Source of the DNA: Sulfuricurvum sp.
GTDB taxonomy: Bacteria; Campylobacterota; Campylobacteria; Campylobacterales; Sulfurimonadaceae
Length of the DNA: 64,000 nt
Direction: 5' to 3'
Assembly (NCBI GenBank): GCA_030692765.1
Contig: JAUYUB010000004.1
Span: forward strand, 55,391-119,390
Part shown: piece after piece, positions 59,865 through 64,000 of the stretch
Position numbering within the stretch: the stretch's first letter is position 1
How the letters are laid out: every line of letters begins with the position of its first letter
Translations under genes and position numbers: made by a program
The notes under the pieces: generated by a model
What the model saw: only the letters and a program-made list of their open reading frames with translations
Database searches by the model: none
Told to the model about the DNA's origin: nothing

Positions 59865-60488
59865 ATGAAGGTCACAGTTCGAAAAGCAACCGAAGCCGAT
59901 ACCGTGATTATCTGTAAAGCTTTACTCGAAAGTTCTCGTGCCGGTAAACGGGTCGGTCTTTTTGATTTTGTTTTTCAAACCTCCAGTGATCCTCAACTCT
60001 TGGATTATCTAAAACGTTTAACCACTGCGCCAACCAAGTGCTATTGCCATTATTCTAACTTTTTTATCGCCGTTGTGGGAATGCAAAGTGTTGGTGTGAT
60101 TTGTGCCTATGAACCTCGTATTGCGACACATGATGCGTTTGCAAAAGCCCTTCAAGAGATCGGAATAGATGAGAGTTATCATGAGCGGATTGCCGGCTAT
60201 TTGCTATGCGAACCTGAAGTAGACAATCAAACATGGGTACTGGATTTTCTGATGCTAGAAGAAGAGTTCAAAAGCATCGAAAACTACAAAGAGCTTATTA
60301 CAAAAAGCATGCTTCCTGCACGTCTGAAGGGATACCGAAAAGTACAAACCATGATAGAAATAGGCTCCGTGGAAACCGAACTGATCTATAAAAGGTTGGG
60401 CTTTACCCTCATTGATGAGAAAAGAAGCGATTATTATGAAGAGCAATTTAGCCGTGCCGGACTTATGCGTCTGCAAATGATATTGTAA
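59865..60488 (+). CDS. GNAT family N-acetyltransferase-like protein
   Basis: VRKAT start, FFIAVVG...GVI, YKRLGF C-terminal motif. Confidence 0.75.
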   Translation: MKVTVRKATEADTVIICKALLESSRAGKRVGLFDFVFQTSSDPQLLDYLKRLTTAPTKCYCHYSNFFIAVVGMQSVGVICAYEPRIATHDAFAKALQEIGIDESYHERIAGYLLCEPEVDNQTWVLDFLMLEEEFKSIENYKELITKSMLPARLKGYRKVQTMIEIGSVETELIYKRLGFTLIDEKRSDYYEEQFSRAGLMRLQMIL

Positions 60489-60497
60489 GGATTTTCA

Positions 60498-61871
60498 ATC
60501 GAATTTGGACTTTTAGGGCTTATCCCTCCTTTTATTGCAATTATTCTCGCGCTTTTCAGCCGTTCTGTTTTTATCGCTCTGCTTGCCGCGATACTCGTCG
60601 GTGAATTACTTATCTCAGGTTACCACCCTCTCACAGCACTGCTTCTCATGGGAGAACGCTTTTGGGGATTACTCAATGAACTGTGGGTTCTAAAAACTCT
60701 TGCTTTTGCAATGATGGTAGGAAGCGTTATGGCACTTATCGAACGCAGTGGCGGCGTTGATGGTTTGGTTCATGAGCTCAGCACTAAACGTTCGTTGGTT
60801 ACCTCCAAACGTGCGGCACTCATGCCAAGCTTCATTGCAGGGTTGATTATTTTCATCGAATCTTCTATCACCTCACTTGTTGCAGGTGCTATCGGACGAC
60901 CATTTTGTGATCGTTACGGTGTCAGCCGCGCCAAACTTGCCTTTGTTTGTGACTCCACCTCCGCTCCGGTATGTTCCATCATCGCTATTAATGGATGGGG
61001 TGCATTGCTGTTGGGACTCATCGGTGGGCAAATCGCCGCAGGACTTATCGCTGGCGAAGAGGCACGCTGGCTTATCAGCGCCATCGGCTATAACTTTTAC
61101 GCCTACATTGCGCTTATCGTTACTTTTATAGCTGTTTGGTATAACATTGATATTGGACCCATGAAACATGCTATGGTGGTTGAACCTACTATCGAATGCG
61201 AAGATGATAAAGGTTCACTGGGACTTTTTTTATGGCCAATGGTTTGGATGATCGGTGGCGTTCTCGTCTTTATGCTCATCACGGGTAACGGAAATCTCCT
61301 CAAAGGCTCAGGTTCAAGTTCGATCTTCTATACGCTCATCATGACATTGCTTCTCATGTTCGGTTATTATCGCACCAAAAATGCCATAAGCAGTATCGAA
61401 TTTATCCATGCAACCCTCCAAGGGGCAAAAACAATGATGCCCATCGCATCCATTCTCCTGTTAGCATTTGCAATCGGAGGAGTGAGCTCAGACATGCACG
61501 TAGGAGAGTATCTGGCTTCTTTCATCGGCGATTATCTCCCTACCCCTTATCTTGCAGCCGCTATTTTTATCCTCAGCGCCATCATTGCCTTTGCGACGGG
61601 GACGAGCTGGGGAACATTTAGTATCATGCTTCCTATTGCCATTCCGCTGGCTGTTGGTCTCGATGCTCCCGTAGCCCTTGCTATGGGTGCCGTCATCTCA
61701 GGAGGAGTATTTGGAGACCATTGCTCCCCTATTTCGGATACCACCATCATCTCTGCTATGGCATCAGGATGTTCGGTCCAAGAGCACACAAAAACGCAAC
61801 TTCCCTATGCACTCATTTCAGCGGGAATTTCTCTTCTCTTGTTCATAGGGGCAGGACTGCTGATTGCCTAA
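60498..61871 (+). CDS. NhaC-family Na+/H+ antiporter / amino acid transporter
   Basis: DSTSAP, TGTSWGTF, GDHCSPISDTT, HTKTQLPY. The frame is open 50 codons upstream of ATG 60648 to ATC 60498 with a family-typical N-terminus. Confidence 0.9.
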   Translation: MEFGLLGLIPPFIAIILALFSRSVFIALLAAILVGELLISGYHPLTALLLMGERFWGLLNELWVLKTLAFAMMVGSVMALIERSGGVDGLVHELSTKRSLVTSKRAALMPSFIAGLIIFIESSITSLVAGAIGRPFCDRYGVSRAKLAFVCDSTSAPVCSIIAINGWGALLLGLIGGQIAAGLIAGEEARWLISAIGYNFYAYIALIVTFIAVWYNIDIGPMKHAMVVEPTIECEDDKGSLGLFLWPMVWMIGGVLVFMLITGNGNLLKGSGSSSIFYTLIMTLLLMFGYYRTKNAISSIEFIHATLQGAKTMMPIASILLLAFAIGGVSSDMHVGEYLASFIGDYLPTPYLAAAIFILSAIIAFATGTSWGTFSIMLPIAIPLAVGLDAPVALAMGAVISGGVFGDHCSPISDTTIISAMASGCSVQEHTKTQLPYALISAGISLLLFIGAGLLIA

Positions 61872-62133
61872 AATTATTTTTTACTGCCTTATCGTATTGA
61901 GCGCACATGCTATGGAGCCTTTCCAAGAGCAAACACCTCTTAGCATGACCACTCCAAATACTGCCAAAGATAAACCGGTCAAATGGATTCCTCTAACATC
62001 GAGTCCACAGAACAACCTCGATCAGAACACCAAAACATCTAATAAAAGTATCGACGAATCGATCAAAAATAAAATCTACAAAAAGATGCAGGCACTGCTG
62101 AAACCTCTAAAGGATGATGAGGATGAACGGTAA
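61864..62133 (+). CDS. Small hypothetical secreted protein
   Basis: TTG start overlapping the upstream stop; signal-like IIFYCLIVLSAHA. Confidence 0.5.
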   Translation: MPKIIFYCLIVLSAHAMEPFQEQTPLSMTTPNTAKDKPVKWIPLTSSPQNNLDQNTKTSNKSIDESIKNKIYKKMQALLKPLKDDEDER

Positions 62134-62210
62134 ATATTTTCTTTTTGACTGCTAATACTCCGCTAACGTTTTTTAGTGACAATGACACTATCAAAACACA
62201 AGGAAACACC

Positions 62211-62504
62211 ATGAAAAAGACATTAACCTTAGTTGCTCTTTTGAGCATTACCACTTTTGCCGCTGATTACAGTGCAATGACTATGACAGAAATGCAGGCC
62301 TTAAGAGGGAATGTACCGACAGAAGATCGTGCCGCGTTTCAAAGCGAAATGCAAACTAGAGTACAAGCAATGACACAAGAAGAGCGCCAGAGTATGCAAA
62401 CAAGCATGAGACAAAGCAAATCAGGACCACAAGATGGATCAGGCTCAAAAATGCGAAAAGGTGGTAGTTCAGGCAGCGGCATGCAGCGTCGTGGTGCAAA
62501 ATAA
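62211..62504 (+). CDS. Met-rich secreted protein (DUF1104-like)
   Basis: SD AAGGA, signal MKKTLTLVALLSITTFA, ADYSAMT..EM..LRG..P.EDR..FQ.EM. Confidence 0.8.
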   Translation: MKKTLTLVALLSITTFAADYSAMTMTEMQALRGNVPTEDRAAFQSEMQTRVQAMTQEERQSMQTSMRQSKSGPQDGSGSKMRKGGSSGSGMQRRGAK

Positions 62505-62556
62505 TTGCACCTTACTACATCCACTAAAAAAAGATCCTAGTCGCGATCAATAAACT

Positions 62557-62578
62557 CAAGGGGTTACACATCCCCTTG
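62557..62578 (+). terminator. Hairpin after the Met-rich gene
   Basis: CAAGGGG-TTACACAT-CCCCTTG. Confidence 0.55.
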
Positions 62579-62653
62579 CCCCAATAAAGATCAGTGGCTA
62601 TACTTCTATTTAGAACTATAACCAGTGATCATACCTTTGCATCAGGAAAACAT

Positions 62654-63286
62654 GTGCGCATACTGCTACTCGAAGATGATTTTATTTTGGGTGAAAGCAT
62701 TGAAGAGATGCTGCAAGAAGCCCATTATAAAGTCGATTGGGTTCGAAGCGGTGATGACGCTGCACAACACTCTTTTGACCATTCCTACGATCTCTATTTA
62801 TTTGATGTTAATGTCCCTGATATCAATGGTTTTGAGCTTTTAGAACAATTACGTGATGCCGACGATTCAACACCCACTATTTTTATAAGTGCACTTAGCG
62901 ATATATCCTCTATTACCAAAGGTTTTTCACTAGGGGCTGACGATTATCTCAAAAAACCGTTTTTTCCCGAAGAACTGCTCGTGCGTATTGAAGCTAAATT
63001 TGCCAAAGTCAACCGAACCATCCACTATGGTGCAATCACGTACAATCCCAAAACAAATGATGTCACCAAAGATGGATCACTAATCACCCTGGGAGATGTT
63101 CAACTGCCACTGCTTCGTCTTTTTATCACCAATATCGGACGTACCCTCACTAAAGAGAGTCTCTTTGATCTCATGGAACACCCAAGCGATACGGCGCTGA
63201 GAGTCGCCATCAATAAACTCAAACAAACGACCACCTGGGATATCCTCAATGTTCGAGGGATAGGATACCGTATTGAAACACGCTGA
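62654..63286 (+). CDS. OmpR-family response regulator
   Basis: LLLEDD, FDVNVP (phospho-Asp), GADDYLKKPF, NVRGIGYR; GTG start after AGGA. Confidence 0.93.
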   Translation: MRILLLEDDFILGESIEEMLQEAHYKVDWVRSGDDAAQHSFDHSYDLYLFDVNVPDINGFELLEQLRDADDSTPTIFISALSDISSITKGFSLGADDYLKKPFFPEELLVRIEAKFAKVNRTIHYGAITYNPKTNDVTKDGSLITLGDVQLPLLRLFITNIGRTLTKESLFDLMEHPSDTALRVAINKLKQTTTWDILNVRGIGYRIETR

Positions 63287-64000
63287 GATCGAGTCTTTTC
63301 GTAAAAGCTTTTTGGTTTTCTTCCTCTCTCTGGCTATTTTGAGTGCATTTCTCGCCTATTTTGAGTATTTAAAACAGAAGCAATCACTTGAGACAACCCT
63401 CTTTAATCAAATGAAGCTGTGCAGTTTTGATCTCAAATGCAGCCAGTTTGAGTTTGACTTTGTCCCTTTGCAATCCAGTAAACTTTATACCCTTACTGCT
63501 GAACCGCAGGGTCTGTATGCCCTATTTACGATCCCAAAGAATGACACTTATGCCCTCAAGCTTCGTTTTACACAAAAACATTATGCACAGCAGCTGCATC
63601 AGATCCAAATCACTGTTTTAAAATACTACCTTGGAGCAATGCTGGTAATAGTTCTTCTCTCTTTTTTATTCTCCCTCTACGCACTTTATCCTCTGCGCAA
63701 AGCACTCAAGCTCACGGAAGAGTTTAGCCGTGATATTCTGCACGATCTTAACACTCCCCTCTCTTCACTTCGACTTAATGTCTCCAGGCTGAAGATACCC
63801 CAAAGCGAGACAAAAAAAGTGGAGCGTATTGAACACAGCATTCAAGCTATCATGTCACTGGGCAATAATCTTCGCAGCTATCTCGACGGGCACGAACTTC
63901 AACAAGAGAGTATTGAACTTTCCAGTCTCTTACAGGAGCGTCTTTCTATCGTACAACGGCTTTATCCGGATATCACATTTCATTTGGCTGAATCATTACT
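63273..64000 (+). CDS. Sensor histidine kinase, 5' part (runs off the window end)
   Basis: Manual translation from TTG 63273: two TM segments around a small periplasmic domain and the H-box ILHDLNTPL. Confidence 0.9.
   Translation, partial: MKHAEIESFRKSFLVFFLSLAILSAFLAYFEYLKQKQSLETTLFNQMKLCSFDLKCSQFEFDFVPLQSSKLYTLTAEPQGLYALFTIPKNDTYALKLRFTQKHYAQQLHQIQITVLKYYLGAMLVIVLLSFLFSLYALYPLRKALKLTEEFSRDILHDLNTPLSSLRLNVSRLKIPQSETKKVERIEHSIQAIMSLGNNLRSYLDGHELQQESIELSSLLQERLSIVQRLYPDITFHLAESL

Overview
Gene-dense chromosomal window of a free-living Campylobacterota bacterium (Sulfuricurvum/Sulfurimonas-like, inferred from gene order and gcTATAAT-type promoters). 1-10.2 kb: LPS/LOS biosynthesis (a sulfotransferase start at the window edge, sugar aminotransferase, a deleted GT2 relic, GT4, GT2, Kdo/WaaP-type kinase, GT9, a GH-like protein, waaF, hldE, hldD). 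10-44 kb: mostly housekeeping (cyt c553, ccoS/ccoI, gmhAB, trpS, hpf, trxC, hemJ, der, metK, ndk-yceD-rpmF-plsX-fabH, DEAD-box helicase, argF, hemB, ribA, rsmG, alr, agmatine deiminase, OprC-like TonB receptor, M23 peptidase, glcD-like oxidase, comEC, dnaB, ispG, priA). 44-58 kb: two prepilins, pckA, a cryptic PilA-like gene, glnA, PHP phosphatase, cheZ, U32 peptidase, purE, DUF3972-like, DUF89, glyQ, recD2. 58-64 kb: cytochrome c peroxidase, L,D-transpeptidase, GNAT, NhaC-type antiporter, a Met-rich secreted protein and an OmpR/HK pair cut by the window end. I saw no rRNA, tRNA, CRISPR array, transposase or prophage. Most notable observations: (i) a four-copy dispersed intergenic element with covarying hairpins, two copies of which sit in front of near-identical RBS/start contexts; (ii) a degenerate type IV pilin lacking Glu+5; (iii) two genes whose homology extends to non-canonical starts (ATC, CTG); (iv) six candidate leaderless genes; (v) a strongly structured ~235-nt helicase leader. 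All functional calls come from motif recognition by eye; no database search was run.
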